A stretch of DNA of 64,000 bases from an uncultured Actinomycetes bacterium (GTDB taxonomy: Bacteria; Actinomycetota; Thermoleophilia; Gaiellales; JALYLC01), in the NCBI GenBank assembly GCA_963696735.1, contig CAVOLG010000008.1:361069-425068 (forward strand), in the 5' to 3' direction. The notes beneath the pieces are model-generated. The model was not told where the DNA came from. It saw only the letters and a program-made list of their open reading frames with translations, and ran no database searches. The position numbers and the translations under genes are program-made. Positions 9,222 through 21,048 of this stretch are shown here, one piece after another; the stretch's first letter is position 1, and every line of letters starts with the position of its first letter.

Positions 9222-10534
9222 ATGGCCGTCGAGCGACACGACCCGCACCGAGACCGACCGCGTCGTCGCCGAGCGCGCGCGCGCTGCGTGGCCGCGCGGG
9301 TGGCGACGTCGCCGCTCGTCGTGAGCTCCGCGCACGGCGCGCGCATCCGCGACGTCGACGGGCGCGAGTACATCGACTTCGTCGGCGGCATCGGCACGCT
9401 GAACGGCGGCCACACGCCGGAGGCCGTGGTCGCGCCGTCACGCGAGCAGGCCGAGCGCTACCTGCACCAGTGCTTCTCGGTCGGGCATGTACGAGCCGTA
9501 CATCGAGGTCTGCCGCCGCCTCTGCGAGCTGCACCCGGGCGTCGTTCGCGACGAAGGCCATGCTCGTGAACTCCGGCGCCGAGGCGGTCGAGAACGCGGT
9601 CAAGATCGCCCGCTACGCGACCGGCCGCGACGCGGTCGTCTGCTTCGACCAGGCGTTCCACGGCCGCACGCTGCTGACGCATGACGCTGACCTCGAAGGT
9701 GATGCCGTACAAGAAGGGCTTCGGGCCGTTCGCGCCCGAGGTCTACCGCGCCGCGGCGCCGTGGCCCTACCGCGGGATCGGCACCGCCGAGGCGCTCGCC
9801 TCCGTGCGCAAGCTGTTCAAGAGCCAGGTCGACCCGCGAGTCGGTGGCGGCGATGATCTACGAGCCGGTGCAGGGCGAGGGCGGGTTCCTGCCCGCCACG
9901 CCGGGCTTCGTCGAGGGCCTCATCGAGCATCTGCCGCGAGCACGGGATCGTCTACATCGACGACGAGGTGCAGACCGGCATGGGCCGCACCGGCACGGTG
10001 CTCGCGGTCGACCACTTCGCCGGGCGTCGAGCCCGACCTCGTCGTGTGGGGCAAGAGCCTCGGCGGCGGCCTGCCGCTGGCCGGCGTCTCCGGCCGCGCC
10101 GAGATCATGGACGCGCCCGCACGTCGGCGGGCTCGGCGGCACGTTCGGCGGCAACCCGCTCTCGTGCGTCGCCGGCGCTCGTGGCGCTCGACCAGGTCGC
10201 CGACCCGGCCTTCCTGGCGCGCGCGCGCGAGATCGGCGAGCATCATCCGCGGCCGGCTGCGACGAGATCGCCGCCCGGCGCCCGCGTCATCGGCGACGTG
10301 CGCGGCCTCGGGCCCGATGATCGGCATCGAGCTCGTCAAGGACCGCGCGAGCAAGGAGCCGGCCGCGGCCGCCGCGGCGCGCGTCGTCGAGCTCGCGCGC
10401 GAGCGCGGCCTCCTGCTGATGGCCGCCGGCATCTACTCGAACGTCATCCGCATCCTCGTGCCGCTGGTGGCCGACGCGACGAGGATCTGCGCGACGGGCT
10501 CGACATCCTCGACGGCGTTCTGGCCGACGTGTGA
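9222..10534 (+). pseudogene. gabT: 4-aminobutyrate aminotransferase-like class-III transaminase, many frameshifts
   Basis: Pieces lie in ORFs 9222..9569, 9487..9684, 9470..9856, 9681.., 9844..10320 and 9968..10534. Examples: HGARIRDVDGREYIDFVGGIGTLNGGHTP, MLVNSGAEAVENAVKIAR, AMIYEPVQGEGGF, VQTGMGRTG, VWGKSLGGGLPLAG, GGTFGGNP, VIGDVRGLG. Confidence 0.75.
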
Positions 10535-11613
10535 GAGCGCTCGCCGCGGCTGCGCTCGCCGCCCTCGCCGTGCTCGTCGCGGCCTGCGGGGAGAGCGGGT
10601 CGTCGAGCGTCACGACCAGCGGTCCCGTCACCGTCGCGCTGACCACGGGGGAGCACGGCGAGGGCGCCCTGGCGATCCTCGCCGTCCGCGGAGCCCTCGC
10701 GCCCAGCGTGACGCAGGGCTTCGCGCGCAGGACGGGCTGTGCCGTGCGCGTGCGCACGGTGTCCGACGCCGCCGCGGCCGCCCGCTCCCTGACCGCGGAC
10801 CCGGCCGGCACCGACGTGCTCGCCCTTCCGGCCGTCTCGGTGGACGACCTCGTCCGCCGGGGGCTCGTGGGCGCCGTGGACGATGCCCACGTCGCCGGCT
10901 GGGGCAACCTCGACTCCCGGCTCCAGCAGACGGTGACCGGCGCCAACGGGGAGCACGACGCGGTGCCGTACCTGTGGTCGGCCGACGTCCTCCTGACCGT
11001 GCAGCAGGCCTTCCCCGCCGTGACCCGGCGGAGTGCCCGCCCGGTGTACGCGCCCACGAACGGGCGCCGGCTGGCCATGCCGGACTCCCCGTACGACCTG
11101 GCCGACGCGGCCATCTACCTGGGGTTCCCGAGCCCCTTCGCCCTGACGCCGGCCCAGATCACCGCGGCGGCGGAGCTCCTGCGGCGGCAGCATCCCTTCG
11201 TCCGCCGCTACACGAGCTCGGTGGCCGAGCTCGAAGCCCTCATGCGCGACGGCCGGGTGCAGGTCGCCCTGGGGCCGGCCCGCGTCGCCGAGGACGTGCC
11301 GGGGGTGGCGGCGTCGGTGCCGCACGACGGCGTCGCGGGGAGCGTGGAGGCGCTGGCCATCAGCGCCACGGCCACCCATCCGGTGTGCGCATACCGCTTC
11401 CTGAGCTACGCCATCGCTCCGCGTCCACAGGCGGCGCTGGGCGCGGCCACCGGCCTGACCCCGGTCAATCCGCGGTCGTGCCCGTTCCTCGGGCGCCGGG
11501 GCTGCGCGGCCCTGAAGACGGATGACGAGAACCTCGAGTCCGTGCGCTTCGCCGCCCGCCCGCCGTACTTCAGCCACTGGCTCCGGGCCTGGCGCGGCAT
11601 CACCGGGAGTTGA
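10531..11613 (+). CDS. extracellular solute-binding lipoprotein (PotD/PotF-like, family 1)
   Basis: Intact 360-aa ORF. Lipobox LAVLVAAC. The GTG start overlaps the gabT stop (GTGA). General PotD-like layout (..[12 protein letters not shown].., [11 protein letters not shown]); family assignment is moderate. Confidence 0.6.
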   Translation: MRALAAAALAALAVLVAACGESGSSSVTTSGPVTVALTTGEHGEGALAILAVRGALAPSVTQGFARRTGCAVRVRTVSDAAAAARSLTADPAGTDVLALPAVSVDDLVRRGLVGAVDDAHVAGWGNLDSRLQQTVTGANGEHDAVPYLWSADVLLTVQQAFPAVTRRSARPVYAPTNGRRLAMPDSPYDLADAAIYLGFPSPFALTPAQITAAAELLRRQHPFVRRYTSSVAELEALMRDGRVQVALGPARVAEDVPGVAASVPHDGVAGSVEALAISATATHPVCAYRFLSYAIAPRPQAALGAATGLTPVNPRSCPFLGRRGCAALKTDDENLESVRFAARPPYFSHWLRAWRGITGS

Positions 11614-11693
11614 CGAACGCCGCGGGGGCACGCGGTACGCTTCGGCGGCACCGAGGCGGCGGGCGCGGCCCGTCCTCACGAGGCCCACCGACG

Positions 11694-12002
11694 ATGACGT
11701 ACATCATCACCGAGCCCTGCATCGACCTGAAGGACAAGTCGTGCATCGACGTGTGCCCGGTCGACTGCATTCACGAGGTCGACCGCATGCTCGTCATCGA
11801 CCCCGACGAGTGCATCGACTGCGGTGCCTGCGAGCCCGAGTGCCCGGTGGAGGCGATCTTCCCGGAGGACGCGGTGCCCGACAAGTGGGAGCCGTACATC
11901 AAGATCAACTACGCCTTCACCGACGGGCTGGAGAAGGTGAACGTCCTCGCCGAGGCGCAGATCCAGGCCTCGCCGCCGCCGCAGCTCGAGGAGAGCTCCT
12001 AG
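11694..12002 (+). CDS. fdxA: 7Fe (3Fe-4S/4Fe-4S) ferredoxin
   Basis: [27 protein letters not shown] ... [12 protein letters not shown]: the classic actinobacterial FdxA cysteine pattern. ATG at 11694 inside ORF 11610..12002. Confidence 0.85.
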   Translation: MTYIITEPCIDLKDKSCIDVCPVDCIHEVDRMLVIDPDECIDCGACEPECPVEAIFPEDAVPDKWEPYIKINYAFTDGLEKVNVLAEAQIQASPPPQLEESS

Positions 12003-13005
12003 CTCTTTGAGGCCGAGGCCTTGCGGGCTGAGGCGCGGGTGCGCACGGGCTCGACCAGGAGCGACGCCCCGAGCGCCCCTCCGAGGTCACCGAGCTCGGT
12101 CCCGACGACCTTGGGCGGGTTGTCGGCCTGTAGCAGGTGCGGGCGCATCTCCTCGACGATGCGCGCGATGTAGGGCGCCCCGAACCGGTCGCCCATGCCG
12201 CCGCCGATGATCACGAGCTCGACGTCGAGGAGGTTCTGGACCGAGCCGATGCCGACCCCGAGGGCTCGCACCTGCCGCTCGATGAGGTCCATGGCCAGGC
12301 CGTCGCCGCGCGACACGGCCTCGGCCCACACGCCGGAGGTCAGGACCGGCCGCCCCTTGTCCTTCTGGATCTGGAACAGGTCCGTGTGGCGGCCCTGCTC
12401 GTACTCGTGCCGGGCGCGCGCCTCCATGGCCTTGCGGCCGGCGTAGGCCTCGAGACAGCCCTGGCGGCCGCAGAAGCAGCGCGCGCCGCCGCGCTTGATC
12501 ACGGTGTGCCCGATCTCGCCCGCTGCGCCGCGGCCGGCCCACGGGCCGGCCGTGCAGGATCAGGCCGCCGCCGATGCCGGTTCCCACCCACACGCCGAGG
12601 ACGCTGTCGCGCCCACGGCCCGCGCCCAGGGCGTACTCGGCGGTGATGGCCACGGTCACGTCGTTGCCCAGGACCACACGCGAGACGCCGGTGCGCTTCG
12701 CGATGCGCGCGGCGAGCGGAAACGGCTTGTCGAACCCCGCCAGGTTGGGCGCCTCCTCGAGCACGCCACGTCTCGGGATCGATCGGCCCGGGCGCGCCCA
12801 CGCCGACGCCCTCCAGCGAGGCCGGCTCGCAGCCGGCCGCCACGCACGCGGCCTCGAGGGCGGTGCCGACGGCGTCGATGACGGCCTTCGGGTCGCCCTC
12901 GCGCGGCGTCTGGACACGCGCCTGGCCAAGAACGGCCGAGCGCCGCCCCCGCACCACTGCCTGGATCTTCGTGCCGCCCAGGTCGATCCCGCCGGTGTTC
13001 GGCAC
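11999..13005 (-). pseudogene. ROK-family glucokinase, at least 2 frameshifts
   Basis: N-terminal IDLGGTKIQAVV (ORF 12499..13005). Middle VVLGNDVTVAITAEY...VWVGTGIGGGLI (frame of 12087..12929). C-terminal CFCGRQGCLEAYAG...LVIIGGGMG (ORF 11999..12502). Confidence 0.75.
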
Positions 13006-13098
13006 GGGGCGAGCTTAGACGTTCAGTCGGACCTGTTCCTGTGAGCCTCGTGCCAGCGCGGTCAGGGTCATTCTGAAATGAGTTCTTACACTGGGGCG

Positions 13099-16057
13099 AT
13101 GCCGCTCCACCTCCTCGTCGGCGCCGCCCGAAGCGGCAAGATCGGCGTCCTCGCCGACCGCTTCCTGGACGCCCTGGCCCGGGGGGAGGAGCCGGTGCTG
13201 GTGGTTCCCGACGCGCCCCAGGTGGCGGCCATGGAGCGCGAGCTGGCCGCGCGGGCCGGCGGCCTGCTCGGCGGGCGCGTGCTCACCTTCGAGGAGCTGG
13301 GCGACGTCGTGGCCGCCCGCCTGGGCGAGGCTGCCCGTGTGCCGCCGGAGCCGGTGCGGGCCACGCTCCTGCGCCGGGTGGCGGCCGAGGCCTCGCTCGA
13401 GCGGCTGGCCGGCTCGGCCCGGTTCGCCGGCTTCGCGGGCGCCTTCGGGCGCTTCGCCGAGGAGTGCGCGGCCTCGGGCGCCGACGCCGAGGCCGCCACC
13501 CGGGCGCTGCGGGCCGGCTCCGCCACGACACCGGCTCTGGCCGAGATCGCCGGCCTGTACGACCGCTGGCATGAGGCGCTGGACCGCGAAGGGCTCGACG
13601 ACCGCGGCACCGCCCTCGCCCGGGCCGGGCGGCGGGCGGGCTCCGAGCTGGCCGCCTGGGACGCCGACCCGCTTCTCGTCTACGGCTTCGAGCAGCTGAC
13701 CGCTGCCCAGCTCGACCTGGTCGAGGCCATCGCCGCCCGGGCGGGTGTGCTCGTGGCCCTGCCCTACGAGCCCGGCCGCCTGGCCTTCGCCGCCCTGCGC
13801 GACTCGTTCGAGCGGCTCGCCGCCCGGGCCGCCTCGGTGGACGAGCTTCCGCCCGGCCGCTACGCCGCGCGCGAGAGCCTGCTCGCCCTGGAGCGAGGGC
13901 TGTTCGCCGAGAGGCCGGCAGCCGAGCCCGTGCCTCTCGACGGGGGCGTCGTCCTGCTCGAGGCCGCGGGGGCCCAGGGCGAGGCCGACGCCATCGCCTC
14001 GGAGGTGGCCACCCTGCTGCGCTCGGGCGTCCCCGCCGACGAGATCCTGGTCGTGCTCCCGACCGCCGAGGCGGCCCGCGGCGCACTCGAGCGGGCGCTG
14101 GCCGCGCTCGAGGTGCCGTACGCGCTCGACGCCCGGGTGCCGCTCGGGCGCACCGCCTTTGGTCACGCCCTGCTGGCCCTGTGCCGCTTCGCCTGGCTGG
14201 GCGGCGACCGCGACGCCCTCTTCGCCTGGCTGCGCTCGCCGGCCAGCGGCCTGCGCCGCTCGACGGTCGATGCCTGGGAGGGCCGGATCCGGGGCCGCGG
14301 GCGGCATCGCGGGGACGAGAGCTATGAGCTGCTGCGGGAGCTCACCGGCCAGGCCGTGGAGGCGGTGGAGACCCTCCGCGCGGCGGAGCGACCGCTGGAC
14401 GGCCTGCGCCTGGTGCTCGACCGTGCCGCCCCGGCGGCCTTCGGGCTCGGCGCCCGGGTTCGCGAGGAGGGTGAGGCCGCCGTCCAGATCCGTGCCTGGC
14501 GGGCGGTCGACCGCGCCCTCGAAGGGCTGGCCGGCCTGGCGCAGCCGCCCGACGAGCACGAGCTCGTGCGCGCCCTCGAGGGCCTGACCGTCCGCGTGGG
14601 CGACGATCGCCGCTCGGGACGCGTGCGCGTCGTCAGCCTGCGCCGCGCCCGCACCCATGCGGCCGAGGTCGTCATCGTGGCCGGCCTCGAGGAGGGCCGC
14701 CTGCCCGGCCGCGGCCGCACCGACGCCTTCGTGCCCGACGACGTGCGCGGCCTCCTGGCCGAGCACGGCCTCGAGCTGCGGCGCGCCGACGCCCTGGCCC
14801 GTGAGCGCTACCTCTTCTACACCGCCGTCACGCGGGCCCGGCGCACGCTCGTCCTGCTGCGCCAGGCCGTGGGCGACGACGGGACGCCGCGCGAGCCCTC
14901 GCCGTTCTGGGAAGAGGTCCGCCGCGTGCTGGGCGACGGCTGCCCGCTGCCGGTGCGCCGCGGGCTGGCCGAGACCACGTATCCCCTCGAGAGCGCCCCC
15001 TCCGCGCGGGAGCGCATGCGCTCGGTGGCCGCGCTGGCCGGGCGGGAGCCCCTGCTCGGCCGCCGTCTGGCGCGCGGGCTCGCGCCCGGCGCCGAGCGCC
15101 GCCTCGACCGCGCGTGCCGGGCCCTCTCGCGGCCCACGCGCCTCAGCGACCGAACCCTGGTCGAGGTCCTCGCGGCCCGCGACCGCTTCCGGGTGACCGA
15201 CCTCGAGGTCTTCGCCGAGTGCTCGCAGCGCTGGTTCGTCGAGCGCGTGCTCGATCCCCGTGACATCGACCGCGAGGTCGACGCCCGCATGCGCGGGCAG
15301 CGTGGCCCACACCACCCTCCAGCGCTTCTTCTCCCGCCTGCCGGCGCGCATCGGCAAGGACGTCCTCGAGGCCGGCGACCTCGACCGCGCCGTGCCCCTG
15401 CTGCACGAGGCCATCGCCGAGAGCATGGCCGGCCAGAGCCTGCCGCCCGACTCGCTGGAGATGCGCGAGCTGGGCCGCACGCTGGAGCGCGACCTGGAGG
15501 CCTTCCTCCGCTCGGAGATCGCCCTCGACCACCGCCTGGTGCCGCGCGACCTCGAGGTCTCGTTCGGCAACGAGCGCTCGGCGCCGCACCTCCAGCGGGG
15601 CCTGGTCATCGACGACTTCGCCGTCAGCGGCCGCATCGACCGCGTCGACCGCGACCCGCTGGCCGCCCGCGGGCTCGTGCACGACTACAAGTACTCCCGG
15701 CGGGCCGAGAGCGCGGTCCAGATCGAGCGCGAGCGCAAGCTCCAGCTGCCGCTCTACATCCTGGCCCTGCGCGACCTGCTGGGCCTCGAGCCGGTGGGCG
15801 GGCTGTACCGCCCGCTGCGCGGCGGCCAGGCGCGGGGCATCGTGCGGGCCGAGGCGCGGGAGGACGGCGCCGCCGGCTTCGCGGACAACGACTACCTCGA
15901 CGAGGACGCGTTCTGGGGCGCCATCGAGCGGGCCCGCGACGACGCCCGCGGCTCGGTGCGCAGGATCCGCCGCGGAGACATCCGGCACGACCCGCGCCAG
16001 GGCTCGTGCCCCTCCTGGTGCGACGCCTGGCCGATCTGCCGGGTGGCCCGGGGATGA
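13099..16057 (+). CDS. AddB-like helicase-nuclease subunit (degenerate Walker A, C-terminal PD-(D/E)xK nuclease with Cys cluster), frame broken once near 15290
   Basis: MPLHLLVGAARSGKIGVL at 13099 in the frame of the 13078 ORF. The C-terminal third continues in ORF 15260..16057 (GRIDRVDRD..., LVHDYKYS, CPSWCDAWPIC). An upstream Cys lies in FAECSQRWFVE. Confidence 0.7.
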
Positions 16058-19000
16058 GCGCCACGCTGACCTCCGACCAGCGCCGGGCCATCGAGGGCCG
16101 CGGCGTCGTGTTCGTCTCCGCGGGCGCGGGGACAGGCAAGACGACGGTGCTCGTGGAGCGGGTGGCCCTGGCCATCGAGGGCGGCCTCGACCCCGAGCGG
16201 CTGCTCGTCGTCACGTTCACCCAGCGGGCCGCCGACCAGCTCGTGGCCCGCGTGCGCGCCCGCCTGGCGGCCGCCGGCGAGGAGTTCGCCCGCCTGGCGG
16301 AGCGGGCGGAGATCTCGACCATCCACGGCTTCTGTGCCCGCCTCCTGCGGGAGCACGCCTTCGCCGCCGGCGTCGACCCGGCGTTCCGCGTGCTGGACGA
16401 GGCGAGTGCCCGCATCGTGGCCGCCGAGGCCTTCGACCAGGCCCTCGAGCGCGCCGTGGAGGAGCAGCCGGACGAGGCCCTGGACCTGCTCGTGGCCTAC
16501 GGCGGCGATCGCCTGCGCAGCATGCTCACCACGGCCCACGAGCGCCTGCGGGCCACCGGCCGCGGGCTCGCCCCGGCGGGCCCCGAGGCGCCCGACCTTG
16601 CCGGCTCGCTGGCGGCGGCGGAGGCCGAGGCCGAGGCGGTCGTCCGCCTCCTGGAAGGCGTCGAGGGCCGCCGGGCGGCCGAGAACCTCGAGCGCGCCGC
16701 CCGGCTGCAGAGCCTGTGCCAGGCGGGCGGCGACCCGGTCCAGCTCATCGACCTCGACTCCGTTCGCCTGCGCCACGCCCCACCCGGCACGGAGGGCTAC
16801 GAGGCGGCCCGCGCCGCCCTGGCCCGCGACGCCCTCGAGTCCGTCGCCGCCCGCCAGCACGGCCGGCTGGTCGACCTCCTGGCCCGCTTCGACGAGGCCT
16901 ACACCGCGGCCAAGGACGCCGAGGGCGCGCTCGACTTCGCCGACCTCGAGCTGCGCGCCCGCGACCTGCTCCGGCACGACGAGGCGGTGCGCACGGCCGT
17001 GCGCGAGCGCTTCCGGCACGTCCTGGTGGACGAGTTCCAGGACACGAACCGCCTCCAGTGCGACCTCGTCGACCTGGTGGCGGCGCCCGACGCGGAGCAG
17101 TTCTACGTCGGCGACGAGTTCCAGTCGATCTACCGCTTCCGCCACGCCGACGTCGGCGTCTTCCTCGAGCGGCGCCAGGCCGCGCCCGAGCACGTCGCCC
17201 TGCGCGACAACTACCGCTCCCGCGGCGGCGTCCTGGCCGTGGTCAACGGCCTCTTCGAGGAGGTCTTCGGCGACGACTACCGCGCCCTCGAGCCCTCCAA
17301 GCGCTTCGAGGGTCCCGAGTTCGAGGATCCGGTCGAGCTGTGCGTGGCCCTGGCCGGCGAGGGCGGGGTGGAGGCGGCCCGCCAGACCGAGGCCGCGCTC
17401 GTGGCCGAGCGCGTCCAGGCCGTCCTGGCCGCCGGCGAGCACCGGGCGGGGGACGTCGTCGTCCTCCTGCGCGCCGCCACGGACGCCGAGCTGTACGAGG
17501 ACGCGCTCCGCGCCGCGGGCCTCGAGACGCACCGCACCGTCGGCGGCGGCTACTACGGCCGCCAGCAGGTGGTCGACCTCCTGGCCTACCTGCGCCTGCT
17601 GCGCAACCGCTACGACGACCGGGCGCTGCTCACCGTCCTCGCCTCGCCGCTGGTGGGCGTCTCCAACGACGGGCTGTGGCACATCCGCCGCGCCGCCCGG
17701 GCGGGGATCTTCCACGGCATCGAGCGGACACTGCCCGACAGGCTGGGCGAGCGCGACCTCAACCTCGTCCGCGCCTTCCGGCAGCGCTACGACCGGCTCG
17801 TGGCCGCCGCGGCGGAGCTCGGGCTGGAGGCCCTGCTCGAGCGCGTGGTGGCCGACCACGACTACGACCTGGCCTGCCTGGCCCAGCGCGACGGGCGCCG
17901 CCGCTACGCCAACGTGCGCAAGCTCGTGCGCCTCGCGCGCGAGTACGAGGCCCTGCGCGGGCCGGACCTGGCGGGCTTCCTGGCCTTCGCCGACGCCCAG
18001 GCCGCGGCGGGCGCCCGCGAGGGCGAGGCGCCCACGATCGAGGAGGAAGGCGGCGACGCGGTCCGGCTGATGACCATCCACGGGGCCAAGGGGCTCGAGT
18101 TCCCGGTCGTGGTGGTGGCCGACTGCGGCCGGGCCATGCCGCGCACGAAGGAGGACATCATCGCCCTCCCCGACGGGCGCTTCGCCTTCCGCGTCCCCGA
18201 CACCGTCGGCGGCCTCGCACGATCCCGCCGCCTACGAGGCCGTGTGGGCGGCCGAGCAGGAGGCCGACGACGCCGAGCTGCGGCGGGTGATCTACGTGGC
18301 CATGACCCGCGCGGCCGACCGGCTGATCATCTCGGGCGTGGTCGGGCGGGACGACTCGCCCCTGCGCTTCATCCTCGACGGCCTGGGCGTCGACGCCGAG
18401 CGCATCCCCTCGGGCGAGCCGCAGACGCACGAGCTCGAGGCCGGCGGCCGCGTCCTCGTGCACGTGCGGCGCGTGGGGGAGGAAGCGGTTCCGGCGACCG
18501 CCGAGGAGGCGCCCGAGGCGCCGGAGCAGCTCGACCTGTTCACCGCCGCCGAGGCGGCGCCCGTGGCCGAGGAGAGCCGCCCGGTGGCCGAGCTCGCGCC
18601 GCTGGCCCCGCTCCCGGCCGCGCCGCGCCACGTCCCGGGCCGGCTCTCGTTCACCGCCGTGGCCCTGCACGAGCGCTGCCCGCACCGGTACTTCGCCGAG
18701 CGGATGCTGGGACTCGCACCCGTCGACCGCGCCGCCGGCAACGGAACCGGCGGCCTGGCGGCGCGGGACATCGGCGACGCGGTCCACGTGCTCCTCGAGC
18801 AGGGGCCGGAAGCCTCGCTCGAGGGGCGCTACGCAGTGCCGCCGACCGAGGACGAGCTGGCCCTCATCCGCTCCTTCGTCGAGCGCTTCGCCGGCTCTGC
18901 CCTGGCCGCCCGGGTGGCGGCCCTCGAGGGTCTGAGGCGGGAGCTGGCCTTCGCCTTCGTCGAGGACGGCGTCGTCTTCCGCGGCCGCTTCGACGCCTTC

Positions 19001-19364
19001 GGCTACGAGCCCGACGGGACGGCCGTGGTGGTCGACTACAAGACCACCGCGCTCTTCGGCCGCCCGCCCACCGAGGTCGTGGCCGAGGAGTACCGCCTCC
19101 AGCTCGCGGTCTACGCCCTGGCCGTTCTCCGCGCCGGGGCGCCGGCGGTCGAGGTGGCGTTCGCGTTCCTCGAAGCTGCTGACGCGGTCCACGCCGAGCG
19201 CTTCACTGCGGCGGACGAGCCCGCGCTGGCCGGCGAGATCCGCGCCGCGATCGAGCGCCTGCGCATCTCCGACTTCGCCCCCCGGCCCGGGCCGCGTGTG
19301 CTCGGACTGCGGCGCCCTGGACCGGACGTGCGCCGGTCCCCGGCTGCTCGACGGCCCGGCGTGA
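16054..19364 (+). pseudogene. AddA/UvrD-type ATP-dependent helicase-nuclease, frame broken near 18230 and near 19280
   Basis: ATG at 16054 overlaps the addB-like stop. GAGTGKTTVLVERV, VDEFQDTN, DEFQSIYRFRHAD, MTIHGAKGLEFPVV (frame 1). VAMTRAADRLIISG and DYKT nuclease motifs (ORF 18242..). The terminal VCSDCGALDRTCAG...TGA at 19362-19364 is in a third frame. Confidence 0.75.
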
Positions 19365-20043
19365 CCAGTCCCACCGTCGCGTCCCCGCCGCGCGCACGCA
19401 TGCGCGCCGTCCTCCGCCGGCTGCGCGCGGCGTACCCGGACGCCCACACCTCGCTTCAGTTCCGCACCCCGTGGGAGCTGCTCGTGGCCACCATGCTCTC
19501 GGCCCAGACGACGGACGAGCGCGTGAACGCAGGTCACGCCCGCCCTCTTCGCGCGCTACCCCGGGCCGGAGGAGCTGGCTGCGGCCGACCAGGACGACGT
19601 GGCCCGCCTGATCTTCGCCACCGGCTTCCACAACCAGAAGGCCCGCGCCATCCGCGGCACCGCGGCGGCGGTCCTCCGAGCGATACCACGGCGAGGTTCC
19701 GCGTCGCCTCGACGACCTCGTAACCCTGCCCGGCGTCGGGCGCAAGACCGCGGCCGTGGTCCTGGGCAACGCCTACGGCCGCCAGCAGGGGATCGCGGTC
19801 GACACCCACGCCGGGCGGCTGACGCGGCGCCTCGGCTTCACCGACGAGACCGATCCGGTGAAGGTCGAGCGCGTTCTCCAGGAGCTCGTGCCTCGCCCGT
19901 CGTGGACGCTCGTGACCCACCTGTTCATCGCCCACGGGCGGGCGGTCTGCACCTCGCGTTCGCCCCGCTGCCTGGACTGCGTCCTCTACTCGCTCTGCCC
20001 CGAGGGGCAGCGCCGCTACCCGGGCCGGACCGCGCCGACGTAG
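19361..20043 (+). pseudogene. nth: endonuclease III, 2-3 frameshifts
   Basis: WELLVATMLSAQTTDERVN, then LIFATGFHNQKARAIRG (ORF 19599..), then LPGVGRKTAAVVLGNAYG...DTH...CTSRSPRCLDCVLYSLC (ORF 19756..20043). The GTG at 19361 forms a GTGA overlap with the addA-like stop. Confidence 0.8.
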
Positions 20044-21002
20044 GAGCCGGCCATCGAGGCCAGGTTCGAGATCCGGACCACGTCACCGGTGTGCGGGGCC
20101 TGGATGAACTGGCCGTTGCCCACGTACATCCCGACGTGCCCCGGGCCGACGACGGTGGGCTCGAAGAACACGAGGTCGCCGGGCATGAGGTCCTTCACCG
20201 CCACCGGGGTGCCCTCGTGGTACTGGAAGGCGGCGTAGTGGTCGAGGTAGATGCCGAGCTTGGCGTAGACGAACATCATCAGGCCCGAGCAGTCGAAGCC
20301 CGTGCGCGGGCTGGCGCCGCCCCAGACGTACGGCACGCCGAGGTAGCGCTCGGCGATGGCCACCGCCTGGGCGCCGAGCATGCCGCCGTGGGGAGCGCGC
20401 CGGAGGATGGTCCCCAGGTGCATCGGCCGGAAGGAGATGATCGACGGCTGCTGGGCGTGCGGGAGGGCGACGAGCCCGCGCAGGGCGCGCCGGGTCATCC
20501 ACAGCGCCGTCTCCTGGACGCGGAGGTGGGTGCCCGCGGCCGCGAAGACGAGGAGGGGCGAGTTCACCCGGGGCATGTGCAGGAGCAGGAGCAGGGCTCC
20601 GGGCGCGACCTGGCCGCTCGTGACCGCCCGCCGGGCCGCAGGAGCGAGCAGAAGCCGCGGGCTGCCGAGCACGGCGCTCCGCAGCCGGGCGGGGTGAGCG
20701 CTCCCCGCGGGCCGCGCCTGGAGGGTGATCATGGGCGGCAGGGCCCAGGGCGACGCGGCCGGAAGCGCCGGCGCCGGAGCGAGGTGGTGATGCGCGGGCT
20801 TGGGCTTCGCCGGCACGCGTGGAGGCGCGCCGGTGGTCACGTCGGCCACGAAGGCGGCGGAGCCGGCCTGCAGGCGGTGGGCGGTCGCTCCACCATGGCT
20901 ACCGGTGTCCAGGCCGCGCTCCCACACGGTCAACCCGAACATCACCACGCTGAGCAGGGGGACGAACAGGAACGTGCGCGGGAGGCGCCAGGTCAGACTC
21001 AC
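20016..21002 (-). CDS. NlpC/P60-family peptidoglycan hydrolase
   Basis: Intact 328 aa. N-terminal membrane/signal segment. C-terminal YLGVPYVWGGASPRTGFDCSGLMMFVYAKLGI...GDLVFF...HVGMYVGNGQFIQAP. Confidence 0.8.
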   Translation of the reverse strand: MSLTWRLPRTFLFVPLLSVVMFGLTVWERGLDTGSHGGATAHRLQAGSAAFVADVTTGAPPRVPAKPKPAHHHLAPAPALPAASPWALPPMITLQARPAGSAHPARLRSAVLGSPRLLLAPAARRAVTSGQVAPGALLLLLHMPRVNSPLLVFAAAGTHLRVQETALWMTRRALRGLVALPHAQQPSIISFRPMHLGTILRRAPHGGMLGAQAVAIAERYLGVPYVWGGASPRTGFDCSGLMMFVYAKLGIYLDHYAAFQYHEGTPVAVKDLMPGDLVFFEPTVVGPGHVGMYVGNGQFIQAPHTGDVVRISNLASMAGSYVGAVRPG

Positions 21003-21048
21003 CCTGGTTCTATCGGCCGTAACGGCCCCGGGCCGTAGCCCGAAGGAC

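Noticed and set aside
7672-10534. Programmed ribosomal frameshifting as an explanation for the broken genes
   Set aside because: There are far too many shifts per gene, in both directions, with no recurring slippery heptamer or downstream structure. Housekeeping-type enzymes of these families are not known to use recoding.
13015-18081. Very long antisense ORFs (13015..15636 at 873 aa and 15892..18081 at 729 aa; similar cases at 1204..2847, 41253..43127, 49400..51799 and 21870..23996)
   Set aside because: All lie opposite well-supported genes, have low-complexity R/G/P/A/E composition and carry no recognisable motifs. These are typical shadow ORFs in GC-rich DNA.
13078-19182. Single 2034-aa ORF suggesting one giant protein
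   Set aside because: Only the first third or so and the 16054-18230 stretch translate into recognisable AddB/AddA motifs in this frame. The intervening and terminal parts are Arg/Pro/Gly-rich nonsense, while the real sequence continues in other frames (ORFs 15260..16057 and 18242..). The long ORF is an artefact of stop-codon scarcity at high GC.
21003-21048. c-di-AMP (ydaO-type) riboswitch upstream of the NlpC/P60 gene, as seen before some actinobacterial cell-wall hydrolases
   Set aside because: Only 46 nt separate the gene from the upstream stop, which is too short for the motif. No conserved ydaO-like elements were seen.
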